Assembly (NCBI GenBank): GCA_964490175.1
Contig: CAZBAI010000002.1
Location: 21,381-85,380, forward strand
Direction: 5' to 3'
DNA: 64,000 nucleotides
From: an uncultured Oscillospiraceae bacterium
GTDB lineage: Bacteria; Bacillota; Clostridia; Oscillospirales; Ruminococcaceae
The position numbers were made by a program, and so were the translations under genes. Below the pieces are notes generated by a model. That model ran no database searches. It saw nothing but the letters and a program-made list of their open reading frames with translations, and was not told the DNA's origin. Shown here one piece after another: positions 17,568 to 29,330 of this stretch; the first letter of the stretch is position 1, and each line of letters starts with the position of its first letter.

Positions 17568-17747
17568 TTAGCGAAATTCGGAATATTTGTCAGCGACAGC
17601 ACTTTGGCAAGTGCCTTGCTTTGAGCTGCATTGATTGCAATATGGGCAGCCGATGCATTTTTTTCCGCTTTTTTTCGATTTGTATATGTAAAAAGATATC
17701 GCAGAAACAATAATAATGAGAATAGCAATTACAATAAAGTTTTGCAT
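17568..17747 (-). CDS. FeoB-associated Cys-rich membrane protein
   Basis: The 59-aa ORF is just below the track cutoff: MQNFIVIAILIIIVSAISFYIYKSKKSGKKCIGCPYCNQCSSKQGTCQSAVADKYSEFR. It has one TM helix followed by a CxxCxxCxxC-type tail. It starts 32 nt downstream of feoB and has a GGGAG RBS. Confidence 0.75.
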   Translation of the reverse strand: MQNFIVIAILIIIVSAISFYIYKSKKSGKKCIGCPYCNQCSSKQGTCQSAVADKYSEFR

Positions 17748-17779
17748 TTTAAAAATCTCCCTATGTATTTAATACCATG

Positions 17780-19813
17780 TTATTTTGCGGCATTTGCGGT
17801 TGATTTTGAATTTTTGCCGCCAAGAGTATATTCGGCTTTGAGCTTTTTGTTTGAGCGAATGCACAGGTAAATGATAAAGCCTGCCATTGCGGCAACTGCG
17901 GCAAAGCCTGCAAGTGCTGCGCCTACGTTAAGCTGAGAGGGAGCTGTGATAAGTGTGCCGATTGTATAAACTAAATATGCAACTGTGTAACCTGTTGCAA
18001 GCTGAAGACCGATTCCACCCCAAAGCCATTTTGAGCTTTTCATTTCGGAGTTCATCGCACCGATTGCGGCAAAGCAGGGAGGTGTGTAAAGGTTGAACAT
18101 CAAGTAAGCCAAAGCCGCAACTTTTGTGATTGCCATAATTCCGGCAACTTCTGTGCCTGCACCCTCTAAAAGTGCAAGCTCTTCGGTATCAATGAGGTTT
18201 TCAAGTCCGACAAAGCAAACAGCCAATGTGCCTACAACGTTTTCTTTTGCGATAAAACCTGTAATTGCTGCGGCGGCAAGCTGCCACGAAAGAACGCCGA
18301 CTATCGGCACAAGAAGATATGCAAACGGCGATGCGATGGAAGCCAATATTGACTGGTCTGCCGATTCGGCAACCTTAAAGCTCCAGTCAAATGTCTGCAT
18401 GAGCTGAACCGCCATGTTGCAAAGCAAGATGATTGTTGCCGCCTTGACGATATAAGCCCAACCACGGCTGCACATTGATTTGAACGCACCCCAAAGCGAG
18501 GGCGCTTTGTATTCGGGAAGCTCAATGATGAAGAATGATTTTCTTGATTTATAACCTGCGATTTTGTTTACAAGAAGTGCGCCGAGGAAAATAAGTGCGA
18601 TACCGGAGAAGTACATTAAAGTGCTAACCCAGCCGGCATTATTGAAAAATGCGCCTGCAAACAGTGAAATTACGGGGATTTTTGCGCCGCAAGGCATAAA
18701 GGGAGCAAGCATGGCGGTTGCTCTGCGCTCACGCTCATTACGGATGGTACGTGAAGCCATAATACCGGGAACGGCACAACCGATAGTGATTACAAAAGGA
18801 ATAACCGATTTGCCCGAAAGACCGACTTTTTTGAAAATCGGGTCGAGAACAACGGCGGCACGTGACATATAACCGCAATCTTCAAGCAGGGCAATGAGGA
18901 AATACATAACCATAACAAGGGGCAAAAAGCCGATAACGGCTATTACACCGCCGATTACGCCGTCAACGAGGATAGCGGAAAGCAGGGGAGATGCGTCCGA
19001 AAGCAAATCGCCGACCCAGCCTTGGAATGTTTCAAGCCAACCTACGAGCAGGTCTGCGATGGGTGTACCGATCCAAACCTGAGAAATCTGGAACACCAGG
19101 AACATTACAACGGCAAATATCGGAATGCCGAGCCATTTGTTGGTTAAAATCGCATCGATTTTATCGCCGAAGTTCTTTTCATTGGTGAAAACCTTACGGG
19201 TTTCAACTTCTTCAACGATTTTGTTTACAAATTCAAAACGTTTTCTGTCGGCTTCTTCAACCGCCTTTTTGTCGCTTAAATCGATATCTTCCTGAATATA
19301 CGGAGCTTTTTGCAAAGCGCCGCATTTTTCTGCCGCCGCCTTGATAAGCTCACTAAGACCGTCGGCAGAGGTGGAAATCGTGTCGATTACGGGACAGCCG
19401 AGTTTTTGCGAAAGCTCTTTCGAGTCGATTTTTGTATCCTTTTTCTTGTTGATATCCGCTTTGTTGAGCGCAACAACTACCGGAATGCCAAGCTCAAGGA
19501 GTTGTGTTGTGAAAAATAAGCTTCGGCTGAGGTTTGTTGCGTCTACAATATTGATGATAACATCGGGGTTCTCTTTCTTTACATATGAGCTGGTGATGCT
19601 CTCCTCCGAGGTGAACGGTGACATTGAATAAGCACCGGGCAAATCAACTGCGATAAGCGATTCACCGCCGTTATAATAGCTTTTCTTAATCGGGTGCTCT
19701 TTCTTGTCAACGGTAACGCCCGCCCAGTTTCCGACTTTTTCGTTTCGACCCGTCAAGGCGTTATACATTGTGGTTTTACCGCTGTTTGGGTTGCCTGTTA
19801 AAGCAATTCTCAT
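17780..19813 (-). CDS. feoB: Ferrous iron transporter FeoB
   Basis: The 677-aa protein has an N-terminal G-domain (GNPNSGKTT, DLPG, NKAD) and a polytopic gate domain. AAGGAGG RBS upstream. Confidence 0.95.
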   Translation of the reverse strand: MRIALTGNPNSGKTTMYNALTGRNEKVGNWAGVTVDKKEHPIKKSYYNGGESLIAVDLPGAYSMSPFTSEESITSSYVKKENPDVIINIVDATNLSRSLFFTTQLLELGIPVVVALNKADINKKKDTKIDSKELSQKLGCPVIDTISTSADGLSELIKAAAEKCGALQKAPYIQEDIDLSDKKAVEEADRKRFEFVNKIVEEVETRKVFTNEKNFGDKIDAILTNKWLGIPIFAVVMFLVFQISQVWIGTPIADLLVGWLETFQGWVGDLLSDASPLLSAILVDGVIGGVIAVIGFLPLVMVMYFLIALLEDCGYMSRAAVVLDPIFKKVGLSGKSVIPFVITIGCAVPGIMASRTIRNERERRATAMLAPFMPCGAKIPVISLFAGAFFNNAGWVSTLMYFSGIALIFLGALLVNKIAGYKSRKSFFIIELPEYKAPSLWGAFKSMCSRGWAYIVKAATIILLCNMAVQLMQTFDWSFKVAESADQSILASIASPFAYLLVPIVGVLSWQLAAAAITGFIAKENVVGTLAVCFVGLENLIDTEELALLEGAGTEVAGIMAITKVAALAYLMFNLYTPPCFAAIGAMNSEMKSSKWLWGGIGLQLATGYTVAYLVYTIGTLITAPSQLNVGAALAGFAAVAAMAGFIIYLCIRSNKKLKAEYTLGGKNSKSTANAAK

Positions 19814-19885
19814 TATAATTCCTCCTTATTATAAATGCATTTGGATTTATTTTACAATTTTTAGTGTAAAATACGGCAGAAAATA

Positions 19886-19903
19886 GGTTAGCAAAGGCTA
19901 ACT
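19886..19903. promoter_or_regulatory. Operator-like palindrome (copy 3), feoA-feoB intergenic region
   Basis: GGTTAGCAAAGGCTAACT has one arm mismatch. It lies just downstream of a hairpin plus T-run that follows feoA. Confidence 0.5.
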
Positions 19904-19950
19904 TTTTGACAAAAAGTAATCAGCGGATTACTTTTTTTAAAAAACTTCAA

Positions 19951-20163
19951 TCAGACAATAATCGCCTTTGCAAGCGCTTTGTCGATGTTATATCTGCCAT
20001 CCTTGATTGAAACAACGCAGCCGCCTTTTAAGTGCGAAACCACGGTAATAGGCTCGCCGCTGTAGCAACCGAGAGAAAACAAAAACGCATCAAGCTCTTC
20101 ATCGTCTGTATCTATCCGCTGAATGATATACTCTTTTCCTTCTTCTGCTGTGCTAAGATCCAT
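19951..20163 (-). CDS. feoA: FeoA family protein
   Basis: The sequence is MDLSTAEEGKEYIIQRIDTDDEELDAFLFSLGCYSGEPITVVSHLKGGCVVSIKDGRYNIDKALAKAIIV. I prefer the ATG at 20163, 6 nt after GGAG, over the TTG-extended track start. Confidence 0.85.
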   Translation of the reverse strand: MDLSTAEEGKEYIIQRIDTDDEELDAFLFSLGCYSGEPITVVSHLKGGCVVSIKDGRYNIDKALAKAIIV

Positions 20164-20187
20164 ATGTATCTCCAAAAATTTATTTTT

Positions 20188-20205
20188 GATTAGTTTAGGC
20201 TAACT
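20188..20205. promoter_or_regulatory. Operator-like palindrome (copy 4, degenerate left arm)
   Basis: GATTAGTTTAGGCTAACT has a perfect right arm and a left arm matching 4 of 7. It lies 25-42 nt upstream of the feoA ATG. Confidence 0.4.
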
Positions 20206-20219
20206 GAACGATAAATAAA

Positions 20220-20237
20220 AATTAGCCTTTGCTAACT
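20220..20237. promoter_or_regulatory. Operator-like palindrome (copy 5)
   Basis: AATTAGCCTTTGCTAACT has one arm mismatch. On the minus strand it begins 6 nt after the feoA -10 hexamer. Confidence 0.5.
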
Positions 20238-20243
20238 GTACAA

Positions 20244-20272
20244 ATTTTACCACACCTCATACTGTTTGTCAA
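20244..20272 (-). promoter_or_regulatory. Sigma70-like promoter of feoA
   Basis: On the minus strand: TTGACA (20267-20272), a 17-nt spacer, then TAAAAT (20244-20249). Confidence 0.55.
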
Positions 20273-20449
20273 TACTAAATTTTGCAAAAATTTAAATTTG
20301 TACAAATTGTATTTTGCTGTTTTGATATTCGCAATTATAATCGTATAAATTGACTAATAATATATTTTTGGTATTGTAATCAATGTGTTTTTGTGTTAAA
20401 ATATGCTTTATTAAATTCGGATACAAAACACAATACAGAGGAGTAAAAT

Positions 20450-23400
20450 ATGGCAGAAAAAATGCTTTTTTGCGATAAATGGGAGTTTTCAAAAAATCCC
20501 GTAAATACGCAATATTCGGATGAGCTTGATTTTAAACCTGTCGATATTCCGCATGACTGGCTGATATATGATGTCAACAGGCTTTATGAATCTTCGACAG
20601 GTTGGTATCGCCGAAAATTTGTTTGTCAAATTGCGGAAAATCAACGTTATGCATTAAGGTTTGAGGGCGTTTATATGGACAGCAAAGTCTTTGTAAACGG
20701 CGCTTTGGCAATTGAGTGGAAATACGGATATTCAACATTTGAAACCGATATTACGAGATATTTGCGCAGTGGCGAAAATTTGATTACGGTTTGCGTCAAT
20801 CACGTTGCCCCAAATTCAAGGTGGTACTCCGGTGCGGGAATTTTTCGCCGTGTGCAGCTTTTGACCTATAATGATTGTCACATTTGTTCAGATGGGGTTT
20901 ACATCAGCGCAAGTGTTGACGGATGCGTGAAAATTTCAACCGAGGTTGAGCGAAACGCAAACACTTCGCTTTCAAAGCTTTGGCTGCGCCACAGCGTTTT
21001 TGACGGCGATACTTTGGTTTCGCAAATCAGCCGTGGGTGCTGCGGCGTTGACAAAAGCCTTGTTTGCGAGCTTTGCCTGAACGAGGGATATGCTTATTCG
21101 CTCAACAACGATACTTTAAAAGTTGAAAATCCCACGCTTTGGGATATTGATAACCCTAAGCTTTATACGTTGAAAACCGAGCTGTTTTGCGATGATAGCT
21201 TGCTGGATACGCAAAATAACAGCTTTGGATTTCGCAAAATCGAGTTTAACTGCAATGAAGGTTTCTTTTTAAACGGCAGGCATTTGAAATTAAACGGCTG
21301 TTGTGAACATCACGATTTAGGTGCACTCGGTGCGGCTTTTAATATTAACGCTATGCGCCGCAAGCTTGAAGAGTTGAGAACTATCGGCATAAATTCAATC
21401 CGCACAAGCCACAATATGCCCGCAAAAGAGCTTATGGAACTTGCCGATGAAATGGGCTTTTTGATTTTGTCTGAGGGCTTTGATATGTGGGAAATGCCCA
21501 AGACCGAGTATGATTATGCAAGGTTTTTTAAAGATTGGGTCGCAAAGGACGTTGCTTCGTGGGTGCGCCGTGACAGGAATCATCCGTCGCTTATCGGTTG
21601 GAGTATCGGCAATGAAATTTACGATACGCACGCCGGCGAAAGGGGACAGGAGATTGCTTCGCTGCTTAAAGCTCTTGTTTGCAAGCATGATTTTTGGGGC
21701 AACGGTGTTGTTACAATCGGCTCAAACTATATGGTCAGCGAAAATGCACGCAGATGCAGCGATATTTTAAAAATTGCCGGATATAATTATGCCGAAAGGC
21801 TTTATGATGAGCACCATAAAATCTATCCCGAATGGGCGATATACGGCTCTGAAACCGCCTCGACACTGCAAAGCCGAGGAATCTATCATTTTCCGCTTTC
21901 GCAGTCGGTTCTTTCCGATTCCGACGAGCAATGTTCGGCGCTTGGAAACTGCACAACCGGATGGGGTGCGAGAAATACCGAATATTGCATTATTGCCGAC
22001 AGAAACGCCAAATTCAGCGCAGGGCAATATATATGGACGGGCTTTGACTATATCGGCGAGCCGACGCCTTATTCGACCAAAAACAGTTATTTCGGTCAAT
22101 TTGATACAGCCGGATTTGAAAAAGACAGCGCCTATATATACAAGGCGGAATGGACGGATTACAAAACAGCACCGTTTGTGCATATTTTTCCGTATTGGGA
22201 TTTTTCCGATAATCAGGATATTGACGTCAGAGTGACGACAAACGCACCGTTTGTAAAGCTTTATTTTAACGGAAATGAGGTCGCCTGCAAAAAAATCGAC
22301 CATATTTCGGGGAACGAGCTTACGCTTGATACGGTTTTGAAATATCAAAAGGGTGAGCTTTGTGCCGTTGCCTATGACGAAAACGGCTGCGAAATTGCGA
22401 GAGATTATAAAAAATCTTTCGGCGACGCCGAAAAAATAGTGCTTAAAGCCGATAAAACACAAATCAACGCAAACGGCACCGATTTGATTTTTGTTGAAAT
22501 TTCAATGCTTGATAAAAACGGCGTTTGCGTTGAGAATGCAAACAACCGTGTGTTTGTTGATGTAAAGGGCGCAGGCAGGCTGGTTGGACTTGATAACGGC
22601 GATTCGACCGACTATGACCAGTATAAAGGCACTTCACGCAGGCTTTTTTCGGGCAAGTTGCTTGCCATAATCGCCGCCAAAACAGAATGCGGCGAAATTG
22701 AGCTTAAAGTTTCATCACCCGGACTTGAAAGCGTGAATGCGACGTTTTTGTCGAAGAAATGCGATGAAGTGCAAGGTGTATCGGCAAGTGATGAAAACTG
22801 CGCTATGCCTTGCGAATGTATTGATGTGCAAAACGATATTCCGGTGAGAAAAATTTCATTTGAAAGCAATGCTGTGCATTTTGATGAAAATTGCCGTGAA
22901 ATTGATTTTAAGGTTATCGTTAATCCTTGCAATGCGGCATATGCAAACGAAATTGAATACCGCATGACAACCGCACTCGGCATAAACACAAATCTGGCTG
23001 AAATTTCAAAGGTCGAAAACGGCATTGTCAGCGTAAAATGCAACGGCGACGGTGAATTTTATCTGCGTGCGCTTTGCAAAAACGGCACACCGAAATATCA
23101 TATAATTTCCGCTTTAAAGCTTACATCAAGCGGAATCGGCAGTGCGACTTTTAATCCTTATGAGCTTGTGCTCGGCGGATTACGCACCATAGAAAGTGAA
23201 AATATCACCAACGGCGTTGACAGCGGCGCAAACTTTGCCGGCGAAAACAGCTATTTCGGCTTTGAAAATGTTGATTTCGGTAAAATCGGCAGCGACACTA
23301 TTTCGCTCCCGATATTCGCCAATATGTCAACCCCGGTGAGAATCAAAGTGTTTGACGGCACGCCCGAAAACGGCGAATTGCTCGGCGATTTTGAATATTT

Positions 23401-23896
23401 TAAAGAGCCGATTTGGATGACCTATCAAAGTCAAACTTACAAGCTTTCCAAAACGCTTAAGGGCATTCACACAATCAGCTTTCAATCAAGCTATTGCTTT
23501 AATATTCAGGGATTTGTGTTTGAAAAGCAAAATAAAGAGTTTGCCCGAATTTTCGCTGTCGATAACGATAATATTTACGGCGATAAATTTAAAGTGAATG
23601 AAAATGACGTTACCGGAATCGGCAACAATGTTCAGATTGAATTCGGTGAATTTGATTTTGGTGAAAAATCACCCCATGCCGTTGCGATTACCGGCAAATC
23701 AAAGCTTGAGCGCAACAGCATAAATATGATGATTGACGGCGAAAAGCAAGAGCGTATTGTGATTGAATTTGAAAAATCCGATGAATATACCGAGCGTGTG
23801 TTTAAGCTTGCTCCGATATTCGGCAAGGTAAAAATCTCGTTTACGTTTTTGCCCGGCAGCGATTTTGATTTTGAATCTTTTAGATTTGTAGAATGA
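20450..23896 (+). CDS. Glycoside hydrolase family 2 (beta-galactosidase-like) with C-terminal carbohydrate-binding-type modules
   Basis: The 1148-aa protein has GH2 sugar-binding, Ig and TIM domains (WYRRKF, NGRHLKLNGCCEHHD, IRTSHNMP, acid/base WSIGNEI, nucleophile region YGSE). No signal peptide is visible. Confidence 0.85.
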   Translation: MAEKMLFCDKWEFSKNPVNTQYSDELDFKPVDIPHDWLIYDVNRLYESSTGWYRRKFVCQIAENQRYALRFEGVYMDSKVFVNGALAIEWKYGYSTFETDITRYLRSGENLITVCVNHVAPNSRWYSGAGIFRRVQLLTYNDCHICSDGVYISASVDGCVKISTEVERNANTSLSKLWLRHSVFDGDTLVSQISRGCCGVDKSLVCELCLNEGYAYSLNNDTLKVENPTLWDIDNPKLYTLKTELFCDDSLLDTQNNSFGFRKIEFNCNEGFFLNGRHLKLNGCCEHHDLGALGAAFNINAMRRKLEELRTIGINSIRTSHNMPAKELMELADEMGFLILSEGFDMWEMPKTEYDYARFFKDWVAKDVASWVRRDRNHPSLIGWSIGNEIYDTHAGERGQEIASLLKALVCKHDFWGNGVVTIGSNYMVSENARRCSDILKIAGYNYAERLYDEHHKIYPEWAIYGSETASTLQSRGIYHFPLSQSVLSDSDEQCSALGNCTTGWGARNTEYCIIADRNAKFSAGQYIWTGFDYIGEPTPYSTKNSYFGQFDTAGFEKDSAYIYKAEWTDYKTAPFVHIFPYWDFSDNQDIDVRVTTNAPFVKLYFNGNEVACKKIDHISGNELTLDTVLKYQKGELCAVAYDENGCEIARDYKKSFGDAEKIVLKADKTQINANGTDLIFVEISMLDKNGVCVENANNRVFVDVKGAGRLVGLDNGDSTDYDQYKGTSRRLFSGKLLAIIAAKTECGEIELKVSSPGLESVNATFLSKKCDEVQGVSASDENCAMPCECIDVQNDIPVRKISFESNAVHFDENCREIDFKVIVNPCNAAYANEIEYRMTTALGINTNLAEISKVENGIVSVKCNGDGEFYLRALCKNGTPKYHIISALKLTSSGIGSATFNPYELVLGGLRTIESENITNGVDSGANFAGENSYFGFENVDFGKIGSDTISLPIFANMSTPVRIKVFDGTPENGELLGDFEYFKEPIWMTYQSQTYKLSKTLKGIHTISFQSSYCFNIQGFVFEKQNKEFARIFAVDNDNIYGDKFKVNENDVTGIGNNVQIEFGEFDFGEKSPHAVAITGKSKLERNSINMMIDGEKQERIVIEFEKSDEYTERVFKLAPIFGKVKISFTFLPGSDFDFESFRFVE

Positions 23897-23906
23897 CGCA
23901 TTTAAA

Positions 23907-23949
23907 AAGGCAGATTATGCGCTTTGGTGTAAAAAGCATAATCTGCCTT
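23907..23949. terminator. Bidirectional intrinsic terminator (GH2 / atp operon)
   Basis: A 14-bp stem pairs AAGGCAGATTATGC with GCATAATCTGCCTT between convergent genes. Confidence 0.75.
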
Positions 23950-23973
23950 GGCATTTTGTACAGCCGAAATATT

Positions 23974-25631
<1,658 letters not shown>

Positions 25632-25649
25632 TTATATCCACCCTTTCGA

Positions 25650-26450
25650 CTAATCGCCGCTGCCTGCAACGATTTCGGTAATTTCCTGAGTGATTGCACT
25701 TTGCCTTGCACGGTTATATTCAAGCGCAAGGTCATCAAGCATTTGCCTTGCGTTTTTCCCTGCCGAATCCATTGCAAGCCGCCTTGCGGTGACTTCGCTT
25801 GCAAAGCTTTCTCTTATACACGCTGTCAGCAAGCCCGCAACATATTCACGCACGGCATTGTTTAAAATCGAGATACAATCCGGCTCAAAAACAGTGCCTT
25901 TGTTTTCGCACGGCGTTTTTTTAAGCGGCAAAAGCCACAAAATTTGCGCACGCTGTTCCATCACCGAAACATATTGCGTATATATAACGCCAAGGCGGTC
26001 AAATTCATCATTTGCAAATTGGGTGCAAAGCTCATCGCTTAGCTTGCAGGCTTGTAAATCCGAAAAATGCTCTGATGAAACGCTTTCGCAGTCGAATCTG
26101 TCGCACGCACGCTTGCCTATGGGGAAAATTTGCGCATCGGCAAAACTTTCGCACAGTCTGAATACGTTTGCGTTATAGCCGCCTGCCATGCCTCTGTCGC
26201 CCGCAATTGCTATGATTTTTGTCCGTATTGTGTTTGCGGTGCGCAAATACGGGCTTTTAAGGCAATCATCGGTGCCTGTCAGCAGTGACATTGCGTTTTT
26301 GAGCAATTCGGCATATTCCTTGGCATTTTGCATATTTTCATTTGCACGCTTTATTTTTGAAGATGCGACAAGTCCCATGGCGTTTGTCAGTTGCAGTGTG
26401 GAATTGACGCTTTTTATTCTGATACGCAGCGCCTTTGAGTTACTGCTCAT
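25650..26450 (-). CDS. atpG: F1 ATP synthase gamma subunit
   Basis: The 266-aa protein has an N-terminal helix (IRIKSVNSTLQLTNAMGLVASSKIKRA) and a C-terminal helix (ITQEITEIVAG). Confidence 0.9.
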   Translation of the reverse strand: MSSNSKALRIRIKSVNSTLQLTNAMGLVASSKIKRANENMQNAKEYAELLKNAMSLLTGTDDCLKSPYLRTANTIRTKIIAIAGDRGMAGGYNANVFRLCESFADAQIFPIGKRACDRFDCESVSSEHFSDLQACKLSDELCTQFANDEFDRLGVIYTQYVSVMEQRAQILWLLPLKKTPCENKGTVFEPDCISILNNAVREYVAGLLTACIRESFASEVTARRLAMDSAGKNARQMLDDLALEYNRARQSAITQEITEIVAGSGD

Positions 26451-26454
26451 AGGG

Positions 26455-27945
26455 TCATACCTGCATTTCCTTTAAAATCAATTTCAGCTTTTCTTCATCG
26501 TCGTGCTCAAACAAGCCGCTTTCGATTCTTTCAAGCCAATCTGTATATTGAGCGTTCAGCCTTGCATAAAGCCGAGCCTCATATTTTTGCACATTTTCAA
26601 TATCGACAGAATCAAGATACCCCTTTGTGGCGGCATAAATAATCGCTACCTGACATCCCGGTCTTATAGGTGCGTTTCTGCCTTGCTTTAATATTTCGAT
26701 AATGCGCTGACCTAAGGCAAGTCTTGCCTTTGTGTCGGCGTCAAGATCACTGCCGAACTGTGCAAACGCCTGCAATTCACGGTACTGCGAATACAGCAAT
26801 TTCAGTTCGCCCGAAACCTTTTTCATCGCTTTAAGCTGTGCCGAGCCGCCTACACGACTGACTGAAATACCCGGGTTTATAGCGGGGATAATGCCCGAAT
26901 GAAACAGCTCGGTTTCGAGAAAAATCTGTCCGTCGGTAATTGAAATAACATTTGTCGGTATATATGCCGAGACATCGCCTGCTTGAGTTTCGATAATCGG
27001 CAAAGCGGTGATAGACCCTCCGCCGTATTCATCACTAACGCACGCCGCACGTTCAAGCAGCCTTGAATGAAGATAGAACACATCGCCCGGATACGCCTCT
27101 CTTCCGGGAGGACGGCGTATCAGCAACGACAAAGCACGGTATGCAACGGCGTGTTTGCTCAAATCGTCATAAACAATCAAAACATCCTTGCCCTGCTCAC
27201 GAAAATATTCTGCCATTGCACAGCCGCTGTAAGGTGCGATATATTGAAGCGGTGAGCTTTCGGAGGCGCTTGCCGAAACGATTATGGTATGTTCCATAGC
27301 GCCGTTGGCGTAAAGCTCGTCGGCAATTCTCGCAACCGAAGCGCTTTTTTGACCGATTGCGACATAAATGCAGATAACGTTTGTGTTTTTTTGGTTGATA
27401 ATTGTGTCGATTGCGATTTCGGTTTTGCCTGTTTGCCTGTCGCCGATAATCAGCTCACGCTGACCCTTGCCGATAGGAATCATACCGTCAATCGCCTTGA
27501 TTCCGGTTTGCAAAGGCTGATTTACGCTTTTTCGTTCAATAATGCCGGGCGCCTGCGCTTCGACAGGGCGTGTGCCCGCATATTCGATAGGGCCTTTGCC
27601 GTCGATAGGCTCGCCGAGTGCGTTGACAACACGTGAAAGAAGCTTTTCGCCGACGGGAACCGACAAAACCTTGCCTGTTCGCCGCACGCTTGAGCCTTCT
27701 TTGATATTGTTTTTGTTTGAAAGCAAAGCGACGGAAACGGTTTCTTCTTCAAGATTTTGCGCCATTCCGAAGGTCGAATCTTCAAATTCGAGCAATTCGT
27801 TGGCCATACAGTCAGAAAGACCGTAAACCCTTGCTATTCCGTCGCCGACAAGAATTACTTTGCCGGTTTGCGACATTTCCGTGCGTGCTTTATAGTTTTC
27901 AATCTGCGATTTTATAACACTGCTGATTTCATCAAGCTTGTTCAT
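26455..27945 (-). CDS. atpA: F1 ATP synthase alpha subunit
   Basis: The 496-aa protein has Walker A GDRQTGKT and conserved [13 protein letters not shown]. Confidence 0.97.
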   Translation of the reverse strand: MNKLDEISSVIKSQIENYKARTEMSQTGKVILVGDGIARVYGLSDCMANELLEFEDSTFGMAQNLEEETVSVALLSNKNNIKEGSSVRRTGKVLSVPVGEKLLSRVVNALGEPIDGKGPIEYAGTRPVEAQAPGIIERKSVNQPLQTGIKAIDGMIPIGKGQRELIIGDRQTGKTEIAIDTIINQKNTNVICIYVAIGQKSASVARIADELYANGAMEHTIIVSASASESSPLQYIAPYSGCAMAEYFREQGKDVLIVYDDLSKHAVAYRALSLLIRRPPGREAYPGDVFYLHSRLLERAACVSDEYGGGSITALPIIETQAGDVSAYIPTNVISITDGQIFLETELFHSGIIPAINPGISVSRVGGSAQLKAMKKVSGELKLLYSQYRELQAFAQFGSDLDADTKARLALGQRIIEILKQGRNAPIRPGCQVAIIYAATKGYLDSVDIENVQKYEARLYARLNAQYTDWLERIESGLFEHDDEEKLKLILKEMQV

Positions 27946-28472
27946 TTGTTTATCACTCCCTTTATGTGACCAAGGCGGCTTGAAAGGCTTGTGTCAAGCG
28001 TTTTTCCGTCAATATCGACTTTAATGCCGCCGATGAGAGATTTATCCTCAATATATACGGCGTCAACGGATTTTTTTGTCAGCTTTTCAAGCTTGGCGCA
28101 AAGCCTTAATTTTTGCGAAGCGTCAAGCGGCATGGCATAATACACAACGGCTTTAGTACGGTTTTGGGCGCATTGCACTAACTTTGCAAATTCATCAAGG
28201 CATTGGCAAAGCAGTTTTATATGTCCGTTTTCACACAAAAGTTTTAAAAATGAGATTAAGTGTTCATCAACGGCAGAGGAAAACGCCGTTTCGATAAGCT
28301 GTAATCTTTCGGACAAAAGCAACGCCGGCGAAGAAAGCAATTCCGAATAACCGCTGTTTTTGCATACAGCATCGTTTATGAGTGCGGATTGGCGCAAAAA
28401 TTCCTGCGTTTTATTTTCCTCGGCACAAATCGCATAAAGTGCGGCGGCATATTCTCTGGCTATATCCGTCAT
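27942..28472 (-). CDS. atpH: F1 ATP synthase delta (OSCP) subunit
   Basis: Assigned from its 176-aa size, its position between atpF and atpA, and the OSCP-like N-terminus AREYAAALY. Confidence 0.85.
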   Translation of the reverse strand: MTDIAREYAAALYAICAEENKTQEFLRQSALINDAVCKNSGYSELLSSPALLLSERLQLIETAFSSAVDEHLISFLKLLCENGHIKLLCQCLDEFAKLVQCAQNRTKAVVYYAMPLDASQKLRLCAKLEKLTKKSVDAVYIEDKSLIGGIKVDIDGKTLDTSLSSRLGHIKGVINK

Positions 28473-28981
28473 TGCAAATCACCCATATTGTCAATTTCAT
28501 CGAAAAATGTGTCAACGAGTTTGTCGTGATCGTTTCGGTTGATTTCACGTTCAAGCAGTTTTTGAGCGAGCAATGTCGAAGTATCGACAATTTCGCCTTT
28601 AATGGTTTCGTTAGCCTTTTTAATTTCAAGCTCGGCGTTTTCCTGCGCTCTTTTAACGATACTGTCGGCGTCTGCTTTGGCCTTTGCGATTATTTCGCTT
28701 TCTCTCTCCTCGGCACTGTCAAGTGCGGATTGTATGATACTTTCCGCTTCAAGCTTTGCGTTATCAAGCTTTTGGCGATAAGCCTTTTCCTCCTGCATAG
28801 CCTGAGTTTTCGCTTTGTCGGCTTGTGAATATGCATCATCTATGCTTTGCTGACGTGTATTGAGCATTTTTCGTATGGGGTTGTACAAAAATTTCCTGAT
28901 TATCAAGAAAAGAATCACAAGATTTAAAAGAGATACGATAATCTGCCAGATATTTATCGAAATAACATCTAACGTTTGCAT
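28469..28981 (-). CDS. atpF: Fo ATP synthase b subunit
   Basis: The 170-aa protein has a single N-terminal TM helix and then a long charged coiled coil. Confidence 0.85.
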   Translation of the reverse strand: MQTLDVISINIWQIIVSLLNLVILFLIIRKFLYNPIRKMLNTRQQSIDDAYSQADKAKTQAMQEEKAYRQKLDNAKLEAESIIQSALDSAEERESEIIAKAKADADSIVKRAQENAELEIKKANETIKGEIVDTSTLLAQKLLEREINRNDHDKLVDTFFDEIDNMGDLQ

Positions 28982-29015
28982 AAACTTAAAGCTCCGATTG
29001 TTTTAACTGATGTGA

Positions 29016-29309
<294 letters not shown>

Positions 29310-29330
29310 TTACCTCCATAGTGTGATTTT

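Noticed and set aside
21767-22462. A 231-aa minus-strand ORF, with several other 60-150-aa ORFs, lying inside the GH2 gene.
   Set aside because: It is entirely antisense to a long ORF with clear GH2 motifs. It is Arg/Ile/Phe-rich, has no RBS and shows no recognisable domain, so it is a typical shadow ORF.
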